A stretch of DNA of 50,950 nucleotides from Candidatus Iainarchaeum sp. (lineage in GTDB: Archaea > Micrarchaeota > Micrarchaeia > Anstonellales > Bilamarchaeaceae), in contig JAQTSF010000001.1 in assembly GCA_028711485.1 (NCBI GenBank), positions 1 through 50,950 on the forward strand, written 5' to 3'. The notes beneath the pieces are model-generated. The model was given only the letters and a program-made list of their open reading frames with translations. It was not told the DNA's origin and searched no databases. A program made the position numbers and the translations under genes. Shown here in pieces: positions 1-9,073 of the stretch (positions are counted from its first letter, which is position 1; each line of letters opens with the position of its first letter).

Positions 1-540
1 TGCATCATATTTTGAACGTAATTTATGGGAAAATAGTTTTGCTGCTTTTCCAGTTATATTTGTTTTTTGGCATTTTTTAGAGATAAAACCATCTGAACTA
101 GAAGCTACTTTTAATGCAATAAAAGGTAGGTGTTTTTTAGTATAATGAAAAAAAACCTCGTTTAAATTTTCTGATTCTTTACTTAGGAGACTTGAAGCAG
201 TAATTATTTTATTTTTCCTTAAAACTTCTTCTCCTTTAACTTTGGTTGTTGGATCTTTTACACCAAAAATTACTTTTGAAATGCTATATTTTATTATTGC
301 AGCTGTACAGGGAGGGGTTTTACCATAATGAGAACAAGGTTCTAGTGTTACATATAGAATTGACCCTTTTATTAAGGATTTATTTTTAACTGAATTTATT
401 GCTTCTATTTCAGCGTGGGGAAGACCTGCTCTTTTGTGGAATCCTTTCCCAATTATTTTATTATTTTTAACAATGACTGCTCCTACATATGGATTTGGTG
501 AAGGAAATCCTTTTTTGGCAAGCTCAAGAGCAATAGACAT
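1..540 (-). CDS. ribD: Riboflavin biosynthesis protein RibD (pyrimidine deaminase + reductase), first 180 codons; gene runs off the left edge
   Basis: Not in the supplied ORF track because it is open to position 1. My minus-strand translation from ATG 540 gives MSIALELAKKGFPSPNPYVGAVIV...GLPHAEIEAI...YVTLEPCSHYGKTPPC (CDA-type HAE and PCx8C zinc motifs). LPFIALKVASSSDGFIS follows, typical of the RibD reductase domain. Confidence 0.85.
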   Translation of the reverse strand, partial: MSIALELAKKGFPSPNPYVGAVIVKNNKIIGKGFHKRAGLPHAEIEAINSVKNKSLIKGSILYVTLEPCSHYGKTPPCTAAIIKYSISKVIFGVKDPTTKVKGEEVLRKNKIITASSLLSKESENLNEVFFHYTKKHLPFIALKVASSSDGFISKKCQKTNITGKAAKLFSHKLRSKYDA

Positions 541-576
541 AAAATATTTGTCTTGATTATTCATTTGGTTGTTATT

Positions 577-1047
577 ATGGTGGAAAAATTATATAGGTTG
601 CTATATCCTATGAGGGTAGTGTTTGTAGGGTCAGGAAATAAAGAAAAATCAAATATTATGGCTGCTGCTTGGTGTTATCCGCTTTCTTTTGATCCACCAA
701 TGTTTGGTGTTTCTATAAGTAAAAATAGATATACTTATGAATTAATAGAAAAATACAAAAAATTTAGTATAAATATTCCTGGTTTTGGATTGAAAGAAGC
801 TGTTTGGATTGTTGGAAAAGAAAGTGGAAGAGATTTAGATAAAATAGAAAAAGCTGGTTTAAGTGTTGAATTTATAGATAATGGATCCCCATTGGTAAAA
901 GAATGTAATTCTAGTTTAGATTGTAAATTAGTTGATAATATTGAAATGGGGGATCATGTGATGTTTGTTGGTAAAGTGGTAAATTTTTTGAAAAGAAAAG
1001 AAGGAAATGGGATTTATCAAAAGGGTGCTGAATTAGTAGAGTTTTAG
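577..1047 (+). CDS. Flavin reductase-like FMN-binding protein
   Basis: ORF track 553..1047 starts at TTG; the first ATG is at 577 (MVEKLYRLLYPMRVVFVGSG). NIMAAAWCYPLSFDPPMFGVSISK...FSINIP fits the flavin-reductase-like domain pattern. Divergent from ribD. Confidence 0.65.
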   Translation: MVEKLYRLLYPMRVVFVGSGNKEKSNIMAAAWCYPLSFDPPMFGVSISKNRYTYELIEKYKKFSINIPGFGLKEAVWIVGKESGRDLDKIEKAGLSVEFIDNGSPLVKECNSSLDCKLVDNIEMGDHVMFVGKVVNFLKRKEGNGIYQKGAELVEF

Positions 1048-1049
1048 GA

Positions 1050-1610
1050 TTATAACCAGTGACCTAATTTATCTTTTTTTGTAGTTAAATAATTCTTTGA
1101 GTGTTCAGATGGAGGAATTATTAAAGGAATTCTTTCGGTTATAATTACTCCGTTGGTAGATAATTGATCCATTTTATCAGGATTATTTGTAAGTAATCTT
1201 ATTTTTTTTATATTAAAAAAATCTAAAATTTTTTTTACTTCTTTATAAGATCTTAAATCAGAAGCAAAGCCAAGCTGATGATTTGCATCAACTGTATCTA
1301 AACCACCATCCTGGAGTTCGTAGGCTTTTATTTTATTATTTAGGCCTATTCCTCTTCCTTCTTGATTCCTTAAATAGATGAGTAGACCACCTTCTTTTGA
1401 AATCAATTCTAAAGATTTATCCAATTGTTTTTTGCAATCACATCTTAAAGATTGGAAAATTTCACTTGTTAGACATTCGGAATGAACTCTTACCAAAATA
1501 TTTTCTGTATTAAAAATATCACCTTTTACAAGAGCTATCAAATCATCTGAAAAAGAATAAATTGTGAATTGACCGAAAGAGGTTGGGAGTACTGCTTTTG
1601 GGATGTTCAT
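1050..1610 (-). CDS. ribA: GTP cyclohydrolase II
   Basis: VRVHSECLTSEIFQSLRCDCKKQL (zinc Cys triad), NQEGRGIGLNNKIKAYELQDGGLDTVDAN, LLTNNP. Confidence 0.85.
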   Translation of the reverse strand: MNIPKAVLPTSFGQFTIYSFSDDLIALVKGDIFNTENILVRVHSECLTSEIFQSLRCDCKKQLDKSLELISKEGGLLIYLRNQEGRGIGLNNKIKAYELQDGGLDTVDANHQLGFASDLRSYKEVKKILDFFNIKKIRLLTNNPDKMDQLSTNGVIITERIPLIIPPSEHSKNYLTTKKDKLGHWL

Positions 1611-1617
1611 ACTATCA

Positions 1618-2508
1618 CTATTTTTTTAGACTTTGAATTAATTTTATTGCTGCGTCTACAGCTCTTTCTGCGTATTCTTTTTTTCTTGCTTCTGCCTGCT
1701 CCTCTGTTGCTCCCGGACCGATTATCCCTAAAGCAATTGGTTTGTTAAATTCTAAGGAGAGCTTAATTAATGCCTGAGCTGTTGAATGACCAATCACCTC
1801 ATCATGTAATGTGTCTCCTTTTATTATTGCACCTAAGACCACTACCCCATCATTAGTCTTATCATAAAGAAGTTTCTTAGCTGCAAGAGGAACATCATAT
1901 GCGCCAGGAACGCGTATTATTGTAATATTATTAGTATTGATTATTGTTTGAGAGTTAATATGTTCTATTGCAAATTTTTCCATTTCTTTTGTGATTTGAG
2001 AGTTAAATTCACAAACTACAAAGGCAAGTTTAATTTTCTTTTCTTTGTTTGGGGTTACTTCTCCTTCATCTTCTTTACCTTGTCTAATGCCTTTTCCTGC
2101 ATTCTTAATTAATTTTTCTGGAGAAATGGATAAATCAATTAAATTATGAATGTGTTTTCTTATTCTGCTATTACAAATTTCAAAAAATTCTTTTTCATTC
2201 CAGGCTTCGTTTTCATGGACAAAAACCTCGATTATGTGTTTATTTGTAAGTAATTTTGCTTGTTGAATTCCTAGAGAAGCCTCATGCCCGCATTGAGTAT
2301 CTATTGGTGCTCCTCCAACCATACCTAATGCAATTACAGAATCACAACCAGAGTCTAGAAGTATTTTACACTCTACTGCAAGGTCTTTTACCCCCGGAAC
2401 GGTTTTTCTGATATGTTTAATATTTGAATAAGATTTTTCTAGTTCATCAATTGCAATTTCTCCCATATTTACTCTGGAAAACATCGTATCTATAATACCA
2501 ACTTTCAT
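1618..2508 (-). CDS. Fusion of archaeal-type riboflavin synthase (N-terminal) and 6,7-dimethyl-8-ribityllumazine synthase (C-terminal)
   Basis: ORF track 1618..2544. The likely start is MKVGIIDTMFSRV at 2508, which removes the overlap with ribB. The N half (IRKTVPGVKDL...HEASLG...NKHIIEVFVHE...AGKGIRQG) resembles the Methanocaldococcus-type riboflavin synthase as I recall it. The C half (FVVCEFNSQIT...RVPGAYDVPLAAKKLL...DGVVVLGAIIKGDTLHDEVI...ALGIIGPG) is RibH-like. Confidence 0.8.
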   Translation of the reverse strand: MKVGIIDTMFSRVNMGEIAIDELEKSYSNIKHIRKTVPGVKDLAVECKILLDSGCDSVIALGMVGGAPIDTQCGHEASLGIQQAKLLTNKHIIEVFVHENEAWNEKEFFEICNSRIRKHIHNLIDLSISPEKLIKNAGKGIRQGKEDEGEVTPNKEKKIKLAFVVCEFNSQITKEMEKFAIEHINSQTIINTNNITIIRVPGAYDVPLAAKKLLYDKTNDGVVVLGAIIKGDTLHDEVIGHSTAQALIKLSLEFNKPIALGIIGPGATEEQAEARKKEYAERAVDAAIKLIQSLKK

Positions 2509-2512
2509 AAAT

Positions 2513-3157
2513 TCACCTAAACAATTCTTTTTCTTTTGAGGCATCGATTAGAAGAAAATCATTTTCTTTGGCAAAAACTTTTGCAGATTCAATTGAAAGT
2601 GCGTTGCCATCCTCTCCGAGCATTTCACAGATAACTGCTATTGGAAGAAGACCGGCTTTCTTACATAAAAAAGTGCTTAATTCTGTGTGACCTCTTCTTA
2701 ATTGTAATGACTTTGCTGAGCGTAGTAAAAAGACGTGCCCTGGGGAATAGAATTCATTATAGAATTTTTCTTTGTTTTTGGATTCGAGAGTATTATAAAA
2801 TTCTAAAATTGTTTTTGCACGGTCTTTATCTGTGATTCCTGTAAAGGTTTTCCTATGATTTATAGATAAAGAAAATGCTGGTTTATCCCCATAAGGGGTT
2901 TTTGAAATTTTAAGAGAGGAGTATTGCTCTGGAAGAACTTCTGAAATAAAGGGAATGTTTAGAAAATCTGAAAGTTCGGCAGATGTTGAAACACAAATTA
3001 AGCCGCCTGCATGTGTTCTTAGGAATTGGATTTGTTTGTAAGTAATCTTTTTAGGGTAAAAAAGCATGTCTATTTCATCTTCTCTTTTTCCTCCATCATA
3101 AAGAAGAATTGGGGTGTGAGATAAAAGTGAAGTTTTTATTTGAATTAAATCGACCAT
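2513..3157 (-). CDS. ribB: 3,4-dihydroxy-2-butanone 4-phosphate synthase
   Basis: YDGGKREDEIDMLF, THAGGLICV, RRGHTELS...AVICEML motifs. Confidence 0.85.
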   Translation of the reverse strand: MVDLIQIKTSLLSHTPILLYDGGKREDEIDMLFYPKKITYKQIQFLRTHAGGLICVSTSAELSDFLNIPFISEVLPEQYSSLKISKTPYGDKPAFSLSINHRKTFTGITDKDRAKTILEFYNTLESKNKEKFYNEFYSPGHVFLLRSAKSLQLRRGHTELSTFLCKKAGLLPIAVICEMLGEDGNALSIESAKVFAKENDFLLIDASKEKELFR

Positions 3158-3172
3158 AGATATATATAGTTA

Positions 3173-3194
3173 AATTACTATTAAAATAGTAATT
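3173..3194. promoter_or_regulatory. Perfect palindrome AATTACTATT-aa-AATAGTAATT upstream of the ribB-ribCH-ribA operon; candidate operator
   Basis: 10-bp arms, read directly, 16-37 nt upstream of the ribB ATG (3157, minus strand) and overlapping the expected TATA region. The 9-mer ATTACTATT recurs at 20947-20955 upstream of ribK. Confidence 0.4.
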
Positions 3195-3210
3195 ACTTAA
3201 AAATTGGTAA

Positions 3211-4677
3211 TTATTTAAAGGTGGAAAGTTTGGTCTGCCCGAGAGGCTTCTTTTCCCCTACTATAATATACCCATCTTTCTTAAAAGAAATGTTCGAGAG
3301 AATGCTTTTCATTTTTTTCTCCCGGTTGATAGATGCCCAGTAAAAATATTCATCCCTACTTTTCCGTGTAATTAAAATATATACTTCACCTTGAGAGAAA
3401 CGCCCGGTTCTCCCTCTTCTTTGAATTGAACGAATTTCACTAGGAATGGGTTCATAAAAAATTACTACATCTACTGCAGGTATATCTAAACCTTCTTCGC
3501 CTACGGAAGAAGAACATAATATGTTAAATTTTCCTTCTCTGAAATCAGATAGAGTTTCTTCTTGAAGTTTTTTTGTGAAATTATCCTTTTTTCCCATAAA
3601 AACCCGGGAATTAAAATTGTTTTTATTTAGGTGTTTAGATATTAGAGTTATTTGATCACGATATTGTGCAAAAACAATAATTTTCTTATTTTTAAGAGTA
3701 GAAAGAATGGTTGTTAATAGTTCTAATTTTGGATGGGATTGAGAGGGTAGTAGTAAAATTCTTTTTATTAGGGGATTGTTTAGAAGAATTTTAGAAGATT
3801 TTGTGGTTTTTTCACTTAACCGATTGATATATTGTTGAAGAACTTGTAGTGATTGAGTTTCTAGAAGTTCAACCATATGTAATAGATTTAGTAAAAGTGC
3901 GTAGTTCAAAAGAGCAATAAATTTGGTTTTTTTAGAGGATTTTAGTATTCTAACCCTTAAATGCATAAATTGGGTTTTGGATTTGAGAGGTGGAGGAAAA
4001 CCGAAAGCTGCCAGAACTTTTGCGTATTTTGAGATAAGAGACTCCAAATCTCGTTTTATTAACATGTACGTTGGTGGAAGATCTACAAACTGCCAAAAGA
4101 TATTTGTTTGATGTGTATAGGGTTTTACATCAATATCTGTGGTGGTACGAAGTTCTACGTTTTTGATATACAGATTAGAAAGAACCTCTTCTATTCTTTC
4201 TTTTCTTCCGCCGGGAGAAGCAGTTAATGAAACTATTAATGCATTATCTTTTACTTTTTCAGCTATTTTTACATAGGCATAATCCCCAACAGCTCTATGA
4301 CCCTCATCAAATATAATTAAGGAAAATTGAGGGGAAAGTAATTTGTTTTTTAAATCATTGTTAATTGTTTGGGGTGTGGCGACGATAATTTTCTTATTAT
4401 ATTCCTCTTTTCGTTTTTTTGGTGGAAGATCTCCTGTAACTATAGTTACATTAGTTTTTTCACTATCTAAAATTGAGGTAATAGAGTTAAAATGTTGAAG
4501 AACTAGTGGTTTTGTAGGCGCCAAAAATAAGCATCTCCCAGAGGAAATTTTATCCTTGATTAACATAAGTGCAATTAGTGTTTTACCTAGTCCCGTCGGA
4601 AGAACAACTAAAGTATTACCTTTACGTAGAATAGAATCAAAAATATTTTTCTGATATTCACGAGGGGTTAGATTCAT
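3211..4677 (-). CDS. Hef/FANCM-like SF2 helicase (helicase part only, no ERCC4 nuclease domain)
   Basis: ORF track 3211..4746 starts at GTG; ATG at 4677 gives MNLTPREYQ. Motifs LPTGLGKT (Walker A), FDEGH (DExH), SSSVGEEGLDIP, QRRGRTGR. Confidence 0.75.
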   Translation of the reverse strand: MNLTPREYQKNIFDSILRKGNTLVVLPTGLGKTLIALMLIKDKISSGRCLFLAPTKPLVLQHFNSITSILDSEKTNVTIVTGDLPPKKRKEEYNKKIIVATPQTINNDLKNKLLSPQFSLIIFDEGHRAVGDYAYVKIAEKVKDNALIVSLTASPGGRKERIEEVLSNLYIKNVELRTTTDIDVKPYTHQTNIFWQFVDLPPTYMLIKRDLESLISKYAKVLAAFGFPPPLKSKTQFMHLRVRILKSSKKTKFIALLNYALLLNLLHMVELLETQSLQVLQQYINRLSEKTTKSSKILLNNPLIKRILLLPSQSHPKLELLTTILSTLKNKKIIVFAQYRDQITLISKHLNKNNFNSRVFMGKKDNFTKKLQEETLSDFREGKFNILCSSSVGEEGLDIPAVDVVIFYEPIPSEIRSIQRRGRTGRFSQGEVYILITRKSRDEYFYWASINREKKMKSILSNISFKKDGYIIVGEKKPLGQTKLSTFK

Positions 4678-4789
4678 TAATAATAAATATATTGAAAAGT
4701 AATAAAAATAGAGTTTAGAGTTAATTGATAGGGGTTGGTTTTCCACTATTAAGTTTATTTTTTTATTTTTTATTTTTATTGTTTGTTAT

Positions 4790-4805
4790 TGTAACTATAG
4801 TTACA
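4790..4805. promoter_or_regulatory. Perfect 16-bp palindrome TGTAACTATAGTTACA in a divergent intergenic region
   Basis: Read directly. Lies between the Hef-like gene start and the small ORF at 4836. Confidence 0.3.
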
Positions 4806-4835
4806 TTTTTATTATTTATGTTTTATTATTACTTT

Positions 4836-5072
4836 ATGTTTTATGTTTATTTCTATGATTTAACTCCAAAATCTCCAAGAAATTACAACAAATTAAAAAG
4901 GAAATTCTACTATCATTTAAATAAATTAAAAATAGATAAAAGTTATTGGAAAAACAAATCTGTCCTCGTAATTCCTCCTGAAATGGAAGGGATTATGGAT
5001 TCATTTTTTATCTCTTTTAAGCCAGAAATAGAAGTATATAAATTACAAACAAAATTTATTGAAGAAATTTAA
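4836..5072 (+). CDS. Small hypothetical protein (78 aa); possible Cas2/VapD-like ferredoxin-fold pattern
   Basis: ORF track 4725..5072, but the first 37 codons are Phe/Tyr/Leu low complexity from an AT-rich spacer; the start taken here is an internal ATG at 4836. MFYVYFYDL..NYNKLKRKFYYHLNKL..NKSVLVIP..IEVYKL..IEEI loosely follows the beta-alpha-beta-beta-alpha-beta layout of Cas2 as I remember it. Weak. Confidence 0.3.
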   Translation: MFYVYFYDLTPKSPRNYNKLKRKFYYHLNKLKIDKSYWKNKSVLVIPPEMEGIMDSFFISFKPEIEVYKLQTKFIEEI

Positions 5073-5095
5073 TAGTGGAAATTAAGGGTCTCTCT

Positions 5096-6640
5096 TTAAA
5101 TCTCTACTTCACAATAAACAACATTAAAATTAATACCGTGTTCTTCTAGAACTTTTTTTGATATCTCTCCTACAACTCCAATTTTCCCCCCATTTTCAAT
5201 TATTTCTCCCCCTCTTCCCTTTTCAAAACTCTCTAATATACAATTATTTATTTTCAATTCCCTACCCAACTCTTCAAACAGAACCTGAACCACTCCACGT
5301 ATATTATTAAAATCAACTTTATTATCCATAATAGAAAAGACTACTCTTTTTTGCTCCTCTTTATTCTCATAACAAACCCCTATTTCATATATCTTTTGAG
5401 GTAAACCACCTGTTTTGTTATCCATCAAAACCTTCAAAAATGATTCAAAAAAATCTCTTTTTATATATCCATACTCTTCATTACAAGGATTTAGTACCTC
5501 TAATCCTTTTTTGTCTTTGCTTAGTACGGGTGTAACAATTTCTAAAAAACCAATTCCATTCAAAATTTCTCGTATTTCTCTTTCTAAAACACTCCTTTTA
5601 GAGTATTTTCCAACTGTAAAAAAATTTGGTATATTTGGTTCTATTTTTTCATAACCATAACCAATCAAAACATCTTCTATAATATCAATATAACTAATTA
5701 TATCTCCTCTATAAGGTGGGATTTCTATCGCATTTTTTATAAAATATCCCATTTTTTCAAGACTTTCCTCTACTTCTTTCTTTTTCATTTCAAATCCAAC
5801 AAGAGCATTTATTTTTTTTAAATCAATTTTTTCTTTTTTATATTCTAATTTTGGATATATTTCTTTTCCTATTTTTACCTGATATATTTCTCCTCCAATA
5901 TCTACAAGACTGCAAGCAAGTATATTCAATGCATTTTCAACACTTTCTTTATGGGTACCTGTAACATCTATCAATATATTTTTTGTATTTTTACCTAATT
6001 TTGTCCTATCCTCATTTATTATTGGAGGAAAAGACAACACCTTTCCACTATTTTTTTCATAAATTAACGGATACTTTCCTTCTTTAACAAGATGTTTATA
6101 TTCAACTCCTTTTGGATGCGTTTCAAGAATCTCTTTTATTGTCATTTCCTCTTGAGATTCTAAAGGAACAAATTTATACTCTTTAACTGCTTCATAAATC
6201 AAGGGAAATGTTATAACATCCAAATTATGTAACCCTATTGCAATTTTCTTCCTTTTCCTCCCAAAAGTTTCATGCATTTTTTCTTGCGCATCAATCAATC
6301 CTAATAATTCTTCCTCATCAATATTCACATTTTTAACAACACACATTGCAATATACGGGCGGACATCTTTCACATTTTCTTTTACAAACAACTCATAATC
6401 TGATTTTTTTGAAACATATTTTTTATTCTTTTTTCCAACAAAATTTTCAATAGCTCGTATAATTCCTTGAACCAAATAACAGTCTGGGCGATTGGGTGTA
6501 ACCTCTATTTTTATATCCTCTTCTGAAAATTCACAAGGAAGGCCCAACCCATCTAAAATTTCCTTTATTTTATCTTTTTTTAAGTTTGTTTTTTCTTCCA
6601 AATATCTTATTTTAACATTTACTACAGCCAACAAAAACAC
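5096..6640 (-). CDS. pheT: Phenylalanine--tRNA ligase beta subunit (archaeal type)
   Basis: Archaeal PheT length and layout; EVTPNRPDC B3/4 motif and a B5-like middle region. Confidence 0.85.
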   Translation of the reverse strand: MFLLAVVNVKIRYLEEKTNLKKDKIKEILDGLGLPCEFSEEDIKIEVTPNRPDCYLVQGIIRAIENFVGKKNKKYVSKKSDYELFVKENVKDVRPYIAMCVVKNVNIDEEELLGLIDAQEKMHETFGRKRKKIAIGLHNLDVITFPLIYEAVKEYKFVPLESQEEMTIKEILETHPKGVEYKHLVKEGKYPLIYEKNSGKVLSFPPIINEDRTKLGKNTKNILIDVTGTHKESVENALNILACSLVDIGGEIYQVKIGKEIYPKLEYKKEKIDLKKINALVGFEMKKKEVEESLEKMGYFIKNAIEIPPYRGDIISYIDIIEDVLIGYGYEKIEPNIPNFFTVGKYSKRSVLEREIREILNGIGFLEIVTPVLSKDKKGLEVLNPCNEEYGYIKRDFFESFLKVLMDNKTGGLPQKIYEIGVCYENKEEQKRVVFSIMDNKVDFNNIRGVVQVLFEELGRELKINNCILESFEKGRGGEIIENGGKIGVVGEISKKVLEEHGINFNVVYCEVEI

Positions 6641-8015
6641 CTTTTTTTTCCTTTTCTTTTTGAGCTATTCCCTTCACATATTCTGAAAAATATTCTCCAT
6701 TTAAACATCCAGTACAGATATTTTTCCCTAATGCTTTTTTTAATCCATCTAAACTCAAATAACCCAAACTTTCAACATCCAAATACTTTCTTATTTCTTC
6801 AATTTCTTTATTATTTGCTATCAATTCTTCATATGTAGGCATATCTACCCCATAAAAACAAGGATGTTTGATAGGTGGGCAAGTTATTCTCAAATGTACT
6901 TCTTTTGCACCTGCTTTTCTAACCATTTTTATTATTTCTCGCATTGTAGTTCCTCTTACAATACTATCATCTATAAGAATAATTCTTTTTCCCTCTAATA
7001 CAGATTTTATTGGATTAAGCTTTCTTTTAACAGCTTCCCTTCTCTTATCCTGTCTCATCATAATAAAAGTTCTTCCAATATATCTATTTTTTATCAAACC
7101 CTCATCATAGGGTATCCCACTACTTTCTGAAAATGCCATAGCAGCAGTTCGTGAAGTGTCTGGCACCGGAACAACAATATCTGCATCTGCAGGATGTTCT
7201 TTAGCAAGTATTTTTCCTAATTCTCTCCTAACATCATTAACTGAAAGATCATTAATTATAGAATCTGGCCTTGAAAAATATACATATTCAAACATACAAT
7301 TTTTTTGCTCTTTTTTAATTATCTCTTTTTTTTCAATTCTTCCATTATCTATAATTAACAATTCTCCCCCAAATATTTGGCCGGAGTATTCAAATCCTAA
7401 TACATCAAAAATAACCGACTCTGAACCAAAACAATATTCCCCATCACGTTTTCCCATAACTAAAGGTCTTATTGCATGGGGGTCTCTAAATATTACCAAT
7501 TTTCCATTAATTATTGCTACTACAGAATACGATCCAACAGTTTTTTCCATCAGTATCTTTACAGCTTCTTCAATACTTTTTCCTTTTTTCATTTCTTCAT
7601 AAATTAAGTATACAAAAGGTTCACTATCCACAGTCCCCCTAAATTCATATCCTTTTTCTTCCAATTCCTTTCTTAATTCAATATAATTAGAAACATGTCC
7701 GTTGTGTGCTAATGCGATATTTTTATATTGTACAGGCTGAACATCTTCAATTTTACATCTTCCTGTAGTGGGATACCTCGTATGCCCTATTCCAATATTC
7801 CCAACTATCTTCAAATCTTCTTCTTTTGTTGTTTCTGAAACTAATCCCAAACCAACCCGTCTTTCCAAATTTCCTTTATTATAAATAACAAAACCATTTG
7901 CATCTTGTCCTCTATGTTGGATGGACATTAATCCATCATACATAATAATTCCCATTTCTTTTTCTTCTTTTAAATAAACAGCAATAATTCCACATTCCTC
8001 TCTAATATTTTTCAT
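6612..8015 (-). CDS. purF: Amidophosphoribosyltransferase
   Basis: Propeptide then CGIIAVY Ntn nucleophile, IILIDDSIVRGTT PRTase motif, C-terminal Cys ligands. Confidence 0.9.
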   Translation of the reverse strand: MKNIREECGIIAVYLKEEKEMGIIMYDGLMSIQHRGQDANGFVIYNKGNLERRVGLGLVSETTKEEDLKIVGNIGIGHTRYPTTGRCKIEDVQPVQYKNIALAHNGHVSNYIELRKELEEKGYEFRGTVDSEPFVYLIYEEMKKGKSIEEAVKILMEKTVGSYSVVAIINGKLVIFRDPHAIRPLVMGKRDGEYCFGSESVIFDVLGFEYSGQIFGGELLIIDNGRIEKKEIIKKEQKNCMFEYVYFSRPDSIINDLSVNDVRRELGKILAKEHPADADIVVPVPDTSRTAAMAFSESSGIPYDEGLIKNRYIGRTFIMMRQDKRREAVKRKLNPIKSVLEGKRIILIDDSIVRGTTMREIIKMVRKAGAKEVHLRITCPPIKHPCFYGVDMPTYEELIANNKEIEEIRKYLDVESLGYLSLDGLKKALGKNICTGCLNGEYFSEYVKGIAQKEKEKKGVFVGCSKC

Positions 8016-8111
8016 AATATCACTAGCGCACTAAATTTTTTATACTACTATCTATATTGAATGCAAAATATTATTAAGAGTTTAGAAATAGAAAAATAAA
8101 AAAAATAAAAA

Positions 8112-8939
8112 TTAGTTTAGTTTTGAAATCGGGTCAATACAGGAATTCCCTCCTTCAAGACACAAAGCTATTTTATCTTCCAACGCTTTACCTACAGAAT
8201 CATAAGAATAACCTACCCAGGTCTCTTCATCTAAGAATGTCATAGGAACTCCACCTGCGGTTTTCCCATATGCAGTTGCCATTACATTGAAGAACTGTGC
8301 ATTGTTCTGGTTTTTCCAAACTTCACAAGATTTTATCAGTAACTCTGGATGTTTACTTTCTAATTCTCTAAGAAGTACTTTTTCATTTGAACAATGTGGA
8401 CAACCATCCCCCCAGAAAAAGTACATTACAACTGTTTTTCCAGAAAGGTCAGTTACTGTACCATCAACACCATTAACACATTCATTTTCTTCGCTTCCAC
8501 CAGAATCATTTACTGGATCATACAATCCAATTTCTTTTAAATATGCATCAATTTCTGCTTCGTATTCTACGAATGGTATTTCAGAAATCAACATCAATGT
8601 TTCATAATCTGTTGTAGTATACACTTTGAGATTTTGTACTCCCACAGTAATATTATGTACGATGATTTCCTCTTTTTCAACAGAATTTACAGAAGCGGTT
8701 TCTTTACTCCCAAATGAAGCTAAGTATAATTTTTCCATCAATGTTTTTACCTTATTTACTTTTGTTTGATCTGGAGTAAAAACATCTTCTCCATTTTCAG
8801 TAGTGTCGGGTTTAACTACCCAACCAAATCCAAATCCAATTAATAATGCCAGAACTCCAACAATAAATAACGGATTTATACTATTCCCCGAGCAACAAGG
8901 CATTTCCTCTACAGTTTCTTTTTCTTTTTTAGAAGCCAT
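8112..8939 (-). CDS. Membrane-anchored thioredoxin-fold protein (CPHC active site)
   Basis: N-terminal TM helix (LFIVGVLALLIGFGFGWVV); C-terminal VVMYFFWGDGCPHCSNEK thioredoxin-like CxxC. Confidence 0.6.
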   Translation of the reverse strand: MASKKEKETVEEMPCCSGNSINPLFIVGVLALLIGFGFGWVVKPDTTENGEDVFTPDQTKVNKVKTLMEKLYLASFGSKETASVNSVEKEEIIVHNITVGVQNLKVYTTTDYETLMLISEIPFVEYEAEIDAYLKEIGLYDPVNDSGGSEENECVNGVDGTVTDLSGKTVVMYFFWGDGCPHCSNEKVLLRELESKHPELLIKSCEVWKNQNNAQFFNVMATAYGKTAGGVPMTFLDEETWVGYSYDSVGKALEDKIALCLEGGNSCIDPISKLN

Positions 8940-9073
8940 ATTTTCACTTCCCAGTGTATATTTTTATAATTACTCTTCTTTTTTCAAACTTCGTTTTATA
9001 ACGTATATAATTACCACTATTTTTAAAAACTTCTATTACTTTATTTTCTATTGCTTTTTATATAATTATAATT

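Noticed and set aside
4725-4835. N-terminal extensions from the ORF track: 4725-4835, 2509-2544, 4678-4746, 25845-25877, 40267-40293 and 47289-47369.
   Set aside because: They begin at non-ATG codons or overlap the upstream gene, add low-complexity residues, and skip better SD-preceded ATGs that match the conserved N-termini.
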